From a virus: 64,000 bases of DNA. A program made the translations under genes and the position numbers. Below the pieces are notes generated by a model that searched no databases, had not been told where the DNA came from, and saw only the letters and a list, made by a program, of their open reading frames with translations. Location: the IMG/VR virus record IMGVR_UViG_3300020048_000054, positions 32,001 to 96,000 of that record; one strand, 5' to 3'. Of the stretch, positions 50,183 through 58,743 are shown piece by piece (position 1 is the first letter of the stretch; each line of letters opens with the position of its first letter).

Positions 50183-50365
50183 TTATACACAATTTGAATC
50201 TGGTGTCAACACTTTTGTCCAAGAAAGCGAAGATTCTTCTGCTTTCATATGATCGCGAAAAGCGAAACGCTTAACGACTTCATTATCCAAATAATACAAG
50301 ACAACGTAGATAACATCTTTCTCGTTTTCATCAATATACATTGGGCATATGCTAGCAGTCTTCAT
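50183..50365 (-). CDS. Hypothetical protein
   Basis: AAGGAG RBS; 60 aa. Confidence 0.55.
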   Translation of the reverse strand: MKTASICPMYIDENEKDVIYVVLYYLDNEVVKRFAFRDHMKAEESSLSWTKVLTPDSNCV

Positions 50366-50387
50366 AGTTTAACTCCTTTAAATACAG

Positions 50388-50461
50388 TGACTCCAAGGAG
50401 ATTTGAACTCCTGTTATGGCATTGAAAGTGCCGTGTCCTAACCAGGCTAGACGATGGAGCC
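50388..50461 (-). tRNA. tRNA-Glu(TTC)
   Basis: GGCA-CTTTCAA-TGCC anticodon arm; GTCTAGCCTGGTTAGGAC D-arm. Confidence 0.92.
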
Positions 50462-50474
50462 TAACACTTGCAAA

Positions 50475-50547
50475 TGCCTCCACTAGGGATCGAACCTAGG
50501 ACCATTCCGTTAAAAGCGGAATGCTCTACCAGCTGAGCTATAGAGGC
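50475..50547 (-). tRNA. tRNA-Lys(TTT)
   Basis: TTCCG-CTTTTAA-CGGAA anticodon arm; canonical arms. Confidence 0.95.
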
Positions 50548-50562
50548 GACTTGTTAGATTGA

Positions 50563-50591
50563 AGTATAACACACAACAACACAACCGTCAA
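50563..50591 (-). promoter_or_regulatory. Sigma70-type promoter (TTGACG-17-TATACT) for tRNA-Lys/Glu
   Basis: Near-consensus boxes 15 nt upstream of tRNA-Lys. Confidence 0.75.
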
Positions 50592-50593
50592 TT

Positions 50594-50745
50594 AAAAATC
50601 CCTGACTTTTAAGGTCAGGGAGAATCGTTTACCTAGTATTCACAGGGGAGGCGCCGATTCTCCTTACGACGAGAGTTTTAATCTCGACTTAGCGTGGATG
50701 TCTCTAAACCACCTAAATCTACTGTGTTAAAGAGTACAGGCTCTT
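50594..50745 (-). ncRNA. Candidate multi-stem structured RNA ending in a terminator
   Basis: Several stems (AAGAG/CTCTT, CACAG/CTGTG, GTGG/CCAC, CGAGA/TCTCG, GGAGAATCG/CGATTCTCC), then TCCCTGAC/GTCAGGGA-TTTT. Confidence 0.4.
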
Positions 50746-50805
50746 CTTAATATAATATCATATCAGTATAGTAACATATGGTAACATTAAAATTCGTATA
50801 GATGT

Positions 50806-51330
50806 TCATTGGGTTGTTCCTTGATCTATAAGTATATCATGTTTTTCACATTCGTCAAGAAACCATTTTGGAGTTTTTCCGTTAGACCACTTTGCAAACC
50901 TACGTTTGTCTCCGACATAATAGGCACGATATGCTTTTACTGCATCTGTGTTTTTATACACTTCAGGCATGGCTTGAGCAAACTTAGTACAAATAGTGTC
51001 TGGAAGATTACTAGGAGCATTACATGTAAACCATTGTGCCATACTAGTTGATTTATGGGTTTTACCATAACGGCTAGTATATTCATTAGTCAGTTCATAA
51101 GTATGGTTTGCTAGCCAATAGTAATTAGATTTAGATGCCCTTGCCCAAATAGTGCATGGGTGATTATGAAAGCATGGCTTATATAATGTTCGTTTATTAT
51201 CCTGTACGACATCTAAAGAATGCACAGTAGAAAGCATTTGGCATCCTTCGAGAATCATTTTAACTACATGTTTATCACACATCATTTGTGCAGCCACATA
51301 TGGGTCTGCATCTAATACAAATATATTCAT
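50806..51330 (-). CDS. Pyrimidine-dimer DNA glycosylase / endonuclease V family protein
   Basis: MNIFVLD.DP..AA..CDKHVVKMILE..QMLST, HPCT.W, EY..RYGK.H and AYR.YY motifs. Confidence 0.85.
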   Translation of the reverse strand: MNIFVLDADPYVAAQMMCDKHVVKMILEGCQMLSTVHSLDVVQDNKRTLYKPCFHNHPCTIWARASKSNYYWLANHTYELTNEYTSRYGKTHKSTSMAQWFTCNAPSNLPDTICTKFAQAMPEVYKNTDAVKAYRAYYVGDKRRFAKWSNGKTPKWFLDECEKHDILIDQGTTQ

Positions 51331-51333
51331 AAT

Positions 51334-51552
51334 TTACTCGAAGTAATCTTTGGGTTCTCTATTTTCAATCTTCTTTGCTTTTGGATATTCTGCAGATGGT
51401 AACACATTGTGTAGCTTTTTCATAACCTTTGCTAAAGAATTATGGTCGAGCTTATCCAAAAGATATTGCTCGTATGCAACAACTGCATCTCTCGACAATT
51501 CTATTAGAGTATTAGTCCATTCATCCGAGTGCCGAGTTTTGTTTGGTAACAT
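51334..51552 (-). CDS. Hypothetical protein
   Basis: Probable start MLPNK at 51552; AYEQYLLD motif. Confidence 0.5.
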   Translation of the reverse strand: MLPNKTRHSDEWTNTLIELSRDAVVAYEQYLLDKLDHNSLAKVMKKLHNVLPSAEYPKAKKIENREPKDYFE

Positions 51553-51793
51553 CGTTGGAAGATCCCGTTGGTTCGAATAGAGGCAAACTCTCGTTTGCTT
51601 TATTATATTTATCCATAAGTTCCCACGATTCCATAAGAATATTAATAAGTGATTTAACTTCTTCTGCAGTATATCCATCCGTAACACCTTCAACATTCCA
51701 ATCTGATAAAACTAAAACAGACTCTCCACTTTCAGGAATAACAACAGAGGCGGTTGGTGATTGCATGATATCAGACATTTCTATATTTTCCAT
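51521..51793 (-). CDS. Hypothetical acidic protein
   Basis: Probable start MENIE at 51793 after GGAG. Confidence 0.5.
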   Translation of the reverse strand: MENIEMSDIMQSPTASVVIPESGESVLVLSDWNVEGVTDGYTAEEVKSLINILMESWELMDKYNKANESLPLFEPTGSSNDVTKQNSALG

Positions 51794-51795
51794 AA

Positions 51796-52116
51796 TTACA
51801 CTCCAAGTAACACTGTAAAGTTTATGACACTGGTTCGATGAAAGCTTTTCCAATCTCTACTTTCATTATCCCATACGGGGATGATGTCGGTATACCCTTG
51901 CGGATTTTGTATGCCTTGTGCATACTTTATCTTATACTTCCTAGGAAGTTTTCTTATATTCCTAGTACATCTTAGCGACCGAAACTGACCATTCAATCTT
52001 TTTCTAAAAAACACTTGGCACACATGGTTTTCAAGTTGCTCAATCATCCACTCGGTGGATGGGTTGATGATTTTAGTTAATTCTCTATTAGATATATCTC
52101 GAATGATCCCTACCAT
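51796..52116 (-). CDS. SH3/Sm-like WYL_2 (DUF2693)-type protein
   Basis: V.F.K..G..R..CT.N and VWD..WKSF motifs. Confidence 0.7.
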   Translation of the reverse strand: MVGIIRDISNRELTKIINPSTEWMIEQLENHVCQVFFRKRLNGQFRSLRCTRNIRKLPRKYKIKYAQGIQNPQGYTDIIPVWDNESRDWKSFHRTSVINFTVLLGV

Positions 52117-52832
52117 CAGAACACCTCATCCCATACTCCCGACACTAATTTATGAGAGTTTAAATTACCATGTTCTGATTCTGCTAGATCTACATCATAT
52201 ACAGATCCCAATCCTCTTGCATGATTCACAATAGTTTGTTTGTGTTGAGTGAGACTTCTGATATGCTTCTCGTGTTCTGCTGATACTTCTGAATGGTGGT
52301 GTGCCATTCTTTGTTGATCTTCTATGTTTGATCCAATTGGAGTAGCTCCACGAAATTGATTCATAGTCGATGCTTTAATAGCAGCAATTGCATCATTTGC
52401 ATTTGTGTGTGAACTTTCCCACGCTGCTCTGTGCTTTTGAATTGCAGAATCTACGGAGTCGTGTACTGTTTTTAAATAATTTAAATACTTCGATGGCTTC
52501 TTGCCAAACGCACGATCCACCAAATGGCGTATTGAATGTTCTTGTGTTGGGTGGTGTTGTGGAATTGGAACTAATGATTTTCCGATTCCTAGCTGATTAG
52601 TAAGAACTTCGTTTCCTCTGTAGTTTCCGCTGATATTATATTCTGCCATTCCTTTTGTATACTCAGGCTTATTGGCGAAGAAACCTAGTTTCCGAATATG
52701 TTTTGATATTGGAATATGAATGTCATCATGTACTATTTGTTGGTGTAATCTGTCTGCAGCATAACGAGGAGAAGAAGTAAAGTCCTTCATTTCAGTTAGT
52801 AATCCTTTTACATATTTAATGTTATCATTCAT
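52116..52832 (-). CDS. His-rich hypothetical protein, possible internal head protein
   Basis: Start MNDNIKYVKGLLTE; member of the late small-gene array. Confidence 0.5.
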   Translation of the reverse strand: MNDNIKYVKGLLTEMKDFTSSPRYAADRLHQQIVHDDIHIPISKHIRKLGFFANKPEYTKGMAEYNISGNYRGNEVLTNQLGIGKSLVPIPQHHPTQEHSIRHLVDRAFGKKPSKYLNYLKTVHDSVDSAIQKHRAAWESSHTNANDAIAAIKASTMNQFRGATPIGSNIEDQQRMAHHHSEVSAEHEKHIRSLTQHKQTIVNHARGLGSVYDVDLAESEHGNLNSHKLVSGVWDEVF

Positions 52833-53256
52833 AGAAGTCTGGGTGCTCTTTTCCATACATTCTTACGATTCGACCAGCCATAGCATTTGCTTCATCTTCG
52901 TGTGGAGATCCAGTAGAACCATCTAGATCATCACTCTTTTCGTGTTGTGCTTTATGAACCATCTCGTGTGCAATACTACGGCATATATCAAACACAGCTC
53001 GATCTTTGATGTAGACTTTTATCTCTCCAGTTTTCATATTGTAACTGGCAGTTGTCATCTCTGGTTCTCTTTCGTCGAGTAGTATAACAGAAGGAGTTGC
53101 TAAGTCAAGATGGTGTGCTGCGAATTTAACAAAGTCATCAACCCTGTCCTGCTTGTCGTATTGTTCAAGATGGTGTGCTGCGAATTTAACGAAGTCATCA
53201 ACCTTGTCCTGCTTGTCATATTGTTCTATTAGATATTTTGATATGTAATTTTTCAT
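52825..53256 (-). CDS. Zincin-like metallopeptidase domain protein
   Basis: SIAHEMVH..Q..EDEAN motif; leader MKNYISKYLIE; internal 20-aa duplication. Confidence 0.7.
   Translation of the reverse strand: MKNYISKYLIEQYDKQDKVDDFVKFAAHHLEQYDKQDRVDDFVKFAAHHLDLATPSVILLDEREPEMTTASYNMKTGEIKVYIKDRAVFDICRSIAHEMVHKAQHEKSDDLDGSTGSPHEDEANAMAGRIVRMYGKEHPDFYE
53105..53226. repeat. 60-bp in-frame tandem duplication
   Basis: tcaagatggtgtgctgcgaatttaac... at 53105 and 53165. Confidence 0.9.
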
Positions 53257-53675
53257 TTAGTATCTTTTTCTTTTTTTGGTTGTAGCTCTGTTAGTTTCTT
53301 ATAGATTCTATTCTTTCGTGGATCTGTGGTTTGCCACCGCAGACTCGTCTGTGGAAATCTTGTCATGTGGTGATTCACTGCAGACGCTACATGGCGAAGT
53401 ACATGCAACGTATCCTCTGTCGATACTCTAGTTGGGCGCACATAAGAATTGTTGATAGTGAATGCAATACTCGAAGAACTATGATTACCCGAACCACTGA
53501 ATGGTCGATCCCATGAATGTTCTTTTTTGATCGTGACAATCCCAACTGTCTTGTTATCTCTACCCACAAACTTATAATCGTGCTGAGTATATCTCGGATG
53601 GATCTTAGTATCTCCTAAAAATCCATGTGGAGTATTCTGAACCTGTTTTGCGGTAATGCCTTCAAATAGTCTCAT
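53253..53675 (-). CDS. Hypothetical protein, distant paralogue of 55622..56188 and 56193..56732
   Basis: Shared C-terminal HH..T.D.RK.RIY pattern. Confidence 0.55.
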   Translation of the reverse strand: MRLFEGITAKQVQNTPHGFLGDTKIHPRYTQHDYKFVGRDNKTVGIVTIKKEHSWDRPFSGSGNHSSSSIAFTINNSYVRPTRVSTEDTLHVLRHVASAVNHHMTRFPQTSLRWQTTDPRKNRIYKKLTELQPKKEKDTK

Positions 53676-53854
53676 ATAGGTATTTATTAAAAAGAAACCT
53701 CCCGTGCGTAGATCGGGAGGTCAATTCTGAGATACAATCCCAGAGAGTTACTTTTTATTTATATTGTTTTTGGCGCAATTACATTTCTTTTTTGTCACTT
53801 TAGGTGGTTCAACTTTTCGAAATGGAATTGGTGTGGGTTGTGGTTTCTTTGGAA

Positions 53855-54421
53855 TCATTCACAGTTCCATTTTCTTAGAGATTTGTTAATGCGCGAATCT
53901 GGATCACGGGCAGTCTTAGCAGAGGTTAGTTTGGCTTTCATTCCCTTCATACGAGAGCAGAATGATTTACGGCGTTTTGCTTTCTTAGAGCCAGGTTTTA
54001 ATTTAGATGGTTCGGTTGTAACAGCAGTCTGTAGTTTAGAACCGGGGTTTGCTCTACGGTATGAAGCAACACCCTTTTCGTTTAAACCACCTTCTGGGTC
54101 TTTACCTTCTTTGCGCTGCCATGCTTCGGATTTTGCTTCTTCAATAGGAACGCAGTTTGGAACTTTCTTTCCACCCTTGTTTTTCATTCCAATGGCTTCA
54201 TATCCTTTCCAACAAGCTTTTTTTAAACCTTTACTTTCTTCTTCCAGAGTACCAGCTAATTTTTCAATCTGTTTTGCTGCCTTTTCATCATGGGCAAAAT
54301 GTGCCTTTACTTGACCAACTGTTGGGTTTTTCTGACCAATATGCTTTGCTGCCAATTTAGTAATAGCATCTTTAGCAGCTTCTTGCATAATACCACGGAT
54401 AATAGTCTCTGGATTGTTCAT
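53855..54421 (-). CDS. Conserved T4-like phage protein (DUF6321-like)
   Basis: CWKGY..GMK.K.GK.VPNCVP and AWQRKEGK.P.GGLN.KG..RRKSFC.RM..DPDSRINK.LRKWNC motifs. Confidence 0.75.
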   Translation of the reverse strand: MNNPETIIRGIMQEAAKDAITKLAAKHIGQKNPTVGQVKAHFAHDEKAAKQIEKLAGTLEEESKGLKKACWKGYEAIGMKNKGGKKVPNCVPIEEAKSEAWQRKEGKDPEGGLNEKGVASYRRANPGSKLQTAVTTEPSKLKPGSKKAKRRKSFCSRMKGMKAKLTSAKTARDPDSRINKSLRKWNCE

Positions 54422-54460
54422 AGGTTCTCCTTAGTATATAGAAAATCCCTAAATAACCGG

Positions 54461-55180
54461 ATGAAGCATTTTAGCCAATATATCACAGAAGAGCCAAACT
54501 TGACTCTGCAATACCACGATACCCTCAATAAGAAGCTGTGGAGAGGTACTAATTTGAAGTCAGTGGTTCGCAAGAAGTTACTGCATATTGGTACTGCATG
54601 GGCAGCATGGGCACATATACCAACAGATGCAATACTGGATATCATTCTAGTTGGTGGTAATGCCAATTTCAATTACACAGACCACTCTGATGTTGATATT
54701 CACATAATAGTCAACAAGAAGAAACTTCCAAACTGCCCAGAGCTGGTGGATGATTACTTCAAAGACAAAAAAGAACTATGGAGTCTTACTCACAAGATCA
54801 AGATATATGGGCATGATGTGGAACTCTATGCTCAGGATAAGGATGCTAAACTCCCAAAGGATCAGGGAGCATATAGCATACAAAATGATAAGTGGATAAA
54901 CCAACCAAAGCATCACGATGTGGATATGGATAATGCTCACATTCAGAAGAAAGTTGTTGAGTTTAATAAAAAGATTAATACTCTAATAGCAACAAATGCC
55001 AGCGATCAATCTTTTAAACAACTAAAAGATAAAGTAAAGAATATGAGAGCTTCTGGTCTTCAGAAAGCTGGAGAGTTTGCCTTTGAGAATCTTGTATTCA
55101 AAGAGCTGAGAAACACCGGAGTACTCGACAAGATGAATGAGTACATTCGATTACGCAAAGACGAAGAACTTAGTCTTTAA
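54461..55180 (+). CDS. Pol-beta-superfamily nucleotidyltransferase with capsid-targeting-like leader
   Basis: DIILVGGNANFNY..SDVDIHI and VELYAQD motifs; start MKHFSQYITEE. Confidence 0.75.
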   Translation: MKHFSQYITEEPNLTLQYHDTLNKKLWRGTNLKSVVRKKLLHIGTAWAAWAHIPTDAILDIILVGGNANFNYTDHSDVDIHIIVNKKKLPNCPELVDDYFKDKKELWSLTHKIKIYGHDVELYAQDKDAKLPKDQGAYSIQNDKWINQPKHHDVDMDNAHIQKKVVEFNKKINTLIATNASDQSFKQLKDKVKNMRASGLQKAGEFAFENLVFKELRNTGVLDKMNEYIRLRKDEELSL

Positions 55181-55181
55181 A

Positions 55182-55469
55182 TTACTTTCCAAGTCTCTTG
55201 CGAATCTCTGCACGAACATTAATGGCTTCGTCCGTGTGATCTAGCATCTTCTTCTTTAGCATTGCAGCTTTGTCTTTGTCTCCAGCTTCCACTGCTGCAT
55301 CATGCTTGACTCCATGATCTGATGCGGATCGTTCGTACGTCGCAGCGAGTTTGCGGAGTTCTGCTGTTGGAGTGCCTGCAATCTCTTTAGCGGTGTGACT
55401 TTCAGAAACCATTTTGCTGTAGGTTTGTGCGAGTTTTTGATTTATTGGATCTTTGAATTCGTATTGCAT
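55182..55469 (-). CDS. Hypothetical helical protein
   Basis: Start MQYEF just downstream of CTAAATA. Confidence 0.5.
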   Translation of the reverse strand: MQYEFKDPINQKLAQTYSKMVSESHTAKEIAGTPTAELRKLAATYERSASDHGVKHDAAVEAGDKDKAAMLKKKMLDHTDEAINVRAEIRKRLGK

Positions 55470-55621
55470 AATAGTATTTAGTCTTCTTCTGTGTCTAACA
55501 TATGGCATAAAACATATGCAAAAAATCCAGCAGCAATCATAGCGTCTAACACGAAGATACTTATTCCGATTTGTGAGTTTGTCATAGGAACAGGTATTTA
55601 GTAATATGGCTTTTAATTTAT

Positions 55622-56188
55622 CTATGATGGCCAGTCTCGCGGACCGAGAGGTCCTAAATATGACATATTTACGGCAGTAATACCAAGCTTTTTTGCACCT
55701 GCTTGATATATTCTATGTTTCTTTTTATCGGGTGTGTAATACATGATGTTCTTGATTCCACGACTTCGAACAAAGTGATGAATATGATCAAATGCAGCTT
55801 TTGTAACATGCGAAGGAAATTTGTTACTTCCGACGGTACTAAAACTAAATTCATTAGATGGTCGATCTGGTTGACGAACTCCAAAGTCAATCTCTGCAAT
55901 CGGGCCAGGATGGAATAGTTTATCGTACCTATGAGCCAACTCGTGAGCTTGATCAGAACTTACTGGAAAATGAGCAGGTAATCTGTGTCGTATTGCATGA
56001 AATCTATCTGCATCAACACCAGAACCCGTGCCAAGAAGTGTTATGTTGGTTTGAACACCCGCATCTTTATTATGATAAAGCGCAAAGTCAGGAGCTTTTG
56101 AATTTGTTTCAAGATCAGGATGTTCATGAGATACCACACCGGGTTTGTCATGAAAGATCTCTGAAAGATATTGTTTAAAGCTTTTCAT
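55622..56188 (-). CDS. Putative internal head protein (leader MKSFKQYLSE)
   Basis: Capsid-targeting-like leader; paralogue of 56193..56732 (shared IDF, FPSHVT..FDH.HHF). Confidence 0.65.
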   Translation of the reverse strand: MKSFKQYLSEIFHDKPGVVSHEHPDLETNSKAPDFALYHNKDAGVQTNITLLGTGSGVDADRFHAIRHRLPAHFPVSSDQAHELAHRYDKLFHPGPIAEIDFGVRQPDRPSNEFSFSTVGSNKFPSHVTKAAFDHIHHFVRSRGIKNIMYYTPDKKKHRIYQAGAKKLGITAVNMSYLGPLGPRDWPS

Positions 56189-56192
56189 ATTA

Positions 56193-56732
56193 TTACATAT
56201 CCCAATGTGATAGGCGAGTTCCCATGATATTCGTTGCACCAACACCAAGTCGTTTTGCTGCTCTTTGATATAGTCTGTCTTTTTTATCATTACCAGTTTC
56301 GTAGAATATATGATTCACATTATGAGAATTTATAAAATGATGAACATGATCAAATACCGTTCGTGTAACATGACTAGGAAACATCTTACCTGGCTCGGCT
56401 TTATTAAAGACCTGGACTTTTTTTCCAGGTCTACTTAAATCTTCTTCTTCTGTGCTAAAGTCTATTTTCGCAGCTCTACCGGAGTGTAAATCACCAATAT
56501 TCACTCCCTTCATATACTTTCCTACTTCGTGATACATATGCTCCGGAATATCATTGTAGTTAAATGCTACTCCTCTTGTATGTGTTCCGTGTTCTTTGTT
56601 GTAGTAATGATGTGGACGATCTGGTTCGTGTGCAATACTTCCACCATATCCCAAATCCGGATGATATCCACCCTTGATGTGTTCCTTTGGAGGAGCAAAG
56701 ATCTCAGAGATGTATTGAGTAAAGCTTTTCAT
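56193..56732 (-). CDS. Putative internal head protein (leader MKSFTQYISE)
   Basis: Capsid-targeting-like leader; FPSHVTRTVFDHVHHF..KK.RLYQ. Confidence 0.65.
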   Translation of the reverse strand: MKSFTQYISEIFAPPKEHIKGGYHPDLGYGGSIAHEPDRPHHYYNKEHGTHTRGVAFNYNDIPEHMYHEVGKYMKGVNIGDLHSGRAAKIDFSTEEEDLSRPGKKVQVFNKAEPGKMFPSHVTRTVFDHVHHFINSHNVNHIFYETGNDKKDRLYQRAAKRLGVGATNIMGTRLSHWDM

Positions 56733-57478
56733 TTGTTTTTTCTTCGTGGCATTTTTAATTTACCAGATACGATGTTAGAAGATTCCTCTGACTCTGGTCT
56801 GCCCCATTTCATAGTCACGGGATGTGTTGCTATTCCTGACTTTTTAGCTGCTGCAATTGTTTGTGTATCGTCTGCACGAGTAGCCCAAATTTGATTATCA
56901 GGCATTCCATGTGCTGGTTTTGCTTTGCCAACCCTTAGCGTGGGTGGCACATGCTGTACCTTATTCTCAGGATCTTGTATCAACCCTTTCCACATCTTTA
57001 CTGCACCAACAGTATTTGTATGACCAGACCATATTGTGTGATGGTTTGATATGTGTTTGTACATTTCACCAGGCACAGAGAATCCAACTTTCTTGGAGCT
57101 ATGATCAGGATGTACAAATGTTGCTCCTGAAGACCAATTTCCTTCGTTACTGTGTCCAAAAGCGGATGCAACTACACTTTTAGTTTTATTATGAACTGTT
57201 AGAAAATGGTGTGTGTAATGCCCAACTCTTCTTTGAGGATCTTTACTATCCGCTCCGTCAGGATCATAATGATCTCCTCTTTTATTACTAGAACTATACA
57301 CGGTATAGTCTTTTCCAATAGTACCGATTGGTTTTATTGTTCTCTTTTCTGTTGCTGCATGTTCTCTCCATTGATCTTCATGCATACCAATATACGGTCT
57401 TTTTGTTTTGATACTGGGTTTGCTGAGATCATCAGACAATTCAATGTCTTCGGAGATATATCGAGTAAAGCTTTTCAT
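56729..57478 (-). CDS. Putative internal head protein, GNAT-like (leader MKSFTRYISE)
   Basis: VHPDH..MYKHI..SG..T.G..MW..L pattern; paralogue of 57475..58200. Confidence 0.55.
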   Translation of the reverse strand: MKSFTRYISEDIELSDDLSKPSIKTKRPYIGMHEDQWREHAATEKRTIKPIGTIGKDYTVYSSSNKRGDHYDPDGADSKDPQRRVGHYTHHFLTVHNKTKSVVASAFGHSNEGNWSSGATFVHPDHSSKKVGFSVPGEMYKHISNHHTIWSGHTNTVGAVKMWKGLIQDPENKVQHVPPTLRVGKAKPAHGMPDNQIWATRADDTQTIAAAKKSGIATHPVTMKWGRPESEESSNIVSGKLKMPRRKNK

Positions 57479-58200
57479 TTTTTTTTCCGAGTTTTCTTCT
57501 TTGGCAACACTAACATTGCGCGTTTCACTGGAGATCCCCAATTCTCTTGGTCTATCCAGATCTTAGACGTAGGAACACCCACTGCAGGAACTCGCTTAGC
57601 ACCAGAGCTAGTCTTGAATTGCACGTTTGCGTCTCTGTCTCGAATGAGTCGTTCCCAGACATGAGCGCCACCGGGGCTTTGTTGTATGCCACTTTCGACT
57701 GCGTGTTTCTTTGAGATGTGTTTGTATATCTCAGCAGGAAGCGAGATTCCATTATCGCTATATCTGTGCCCCAATGCAGCATGAGTCATGGTGGGTTTAT
57801 AGGTTCCACGCTTAGCAACTTCGTTGTTCATGCCTTTACCGACTCTTCCGTAAGTTATTGCTGCGATCTTACCGCTCGTATTATGAACTGCCACATAGTG
57901 ATGTGTGTCATTTAACTCGCGGTCTAATCGTTGTTCGTGTCCGGGATACTCACCTTCGTAGTCAGCGAGATTCGCGTCTTCACTCTTTCTATAATTGCCA
58001 TGTCCTATGGAACTATAGACAGTATAACGATCTCCGATTTTACCGAGCTTCTCTACGTTTCGACCATTTGCTATTGCATGCTTCTGCCAAGCTTTATGCG
58101 GGATACCAAGCACAGATCGAGGTTCACTTACACTTTCAGGATGCCCAACATCGTCTATTACTTCAATATCTTCGAGGATGTACTGTATAAAGCTTTTCAC
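57475..58200 (-). CDS. Putative internal head protein, GNAT-like (leader MKSFIQYILE)
   Basis: GIS..IYKHI..SG.QQSPGG..VW.RL pattern. Confidence 0.55.
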   Translation of the reverse strand: MKSFIQYILEDIEVIDDVGHPESVSEPRSVLGIPHKAWQKHAIANGRNVEKLGKIGDRYTVYSSIGHGNYRKSEDANLADYEGEYPGHEQRLDRELNDTHHYVAVHNTSGKIAAITYGRVGKGMNNEVAKRGTYKPTMTHAALGHRYSDNGISLPAEIYKHISKKHAVESGIQQSPGGAHVWERLIRDRDANVQFKTSSGAKRVPAVGVPTSKIWIDQENWGSPVKRAMLVLPKKKTRKKK

Positions 58201-58323
58201 TATAAGAGTATTTATCTCAAAGAATTCTTATGGGGGAGTCTCATGGGTAGGAGTCCCTTGTTCAATTTAATCCCATCGAATTCGATGGGATTGGAGTCCC
58301 TTAAAGCTTTTCACTGTAATGGA

Positions 58324-58728
58324 TCACATATCATTGGCATCCATTTGGACACCTTGACCAGATGGGACTCCGACTCCACGAACAGGAGTTTTGAGTGGTT
58401 TGTTTGGTGTGTTATATCCGCCAGTCTGTACTTTTCCATTAGACATTGGTTGATTACTCCACACTTCGCCACCTGCAGTTTTTTGACGAAGATTGTTAGG
58501 ATTGCTCTGCATGTTCTTTACTGCTGCCTCTTGTCTCTGTTCTATTCTATCGAACTCTGCATCCTGCGGATCATATGCTGGTTTATTACCACCCATATTC
58601 GACATAGCTAGTCCTATGCCAGCTGTTGCTGCTAGACCAGCTGCTGCGTAACCTACCTTTTTCATGAATCCAGCTTCGTCTAAGCGTTGTTCTAGGATCT
58701 GACGATATTCTTCTTGAGTTCTAGCCAT
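58324..58728 (-). CDS. Hypothetical protein with one hydrophobic helix
   Basis: AAAGLAATAGIGLA segment; late promoter directly upstream. Confidence 0.6.
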   Translation of the reverse strand: MARTQEEYRQILEQRLDEAGFMKKVGYAAAGLAATAGIGLAMSNMGGNKPAYDPQDAEFDRIEQRQEAAVKNMQSNPNNLRQKTAGGEVWSNQPMSNGKVQTGGYNTPNKPLKTPVRGVGVPSGQGVQMDANDM

Positions 58729-58735
58729 AGTATAT

Positions 58736-58743
58736 TATTTATA
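58736..58743 (-). promoter_or_regulatory. T4 late promoter TATAAATA
   Basis: Exact consensus 7 nt upstream of the ATG at 58728. Confidence 0.75.

Noticed and set aside
50725-50745. glmS-like ribozyme start (GAGCCTGTACT)
   Set aside because: Only superficial similarity to AGCGCC.GGACU; the downstream GACGAGG core is missing.
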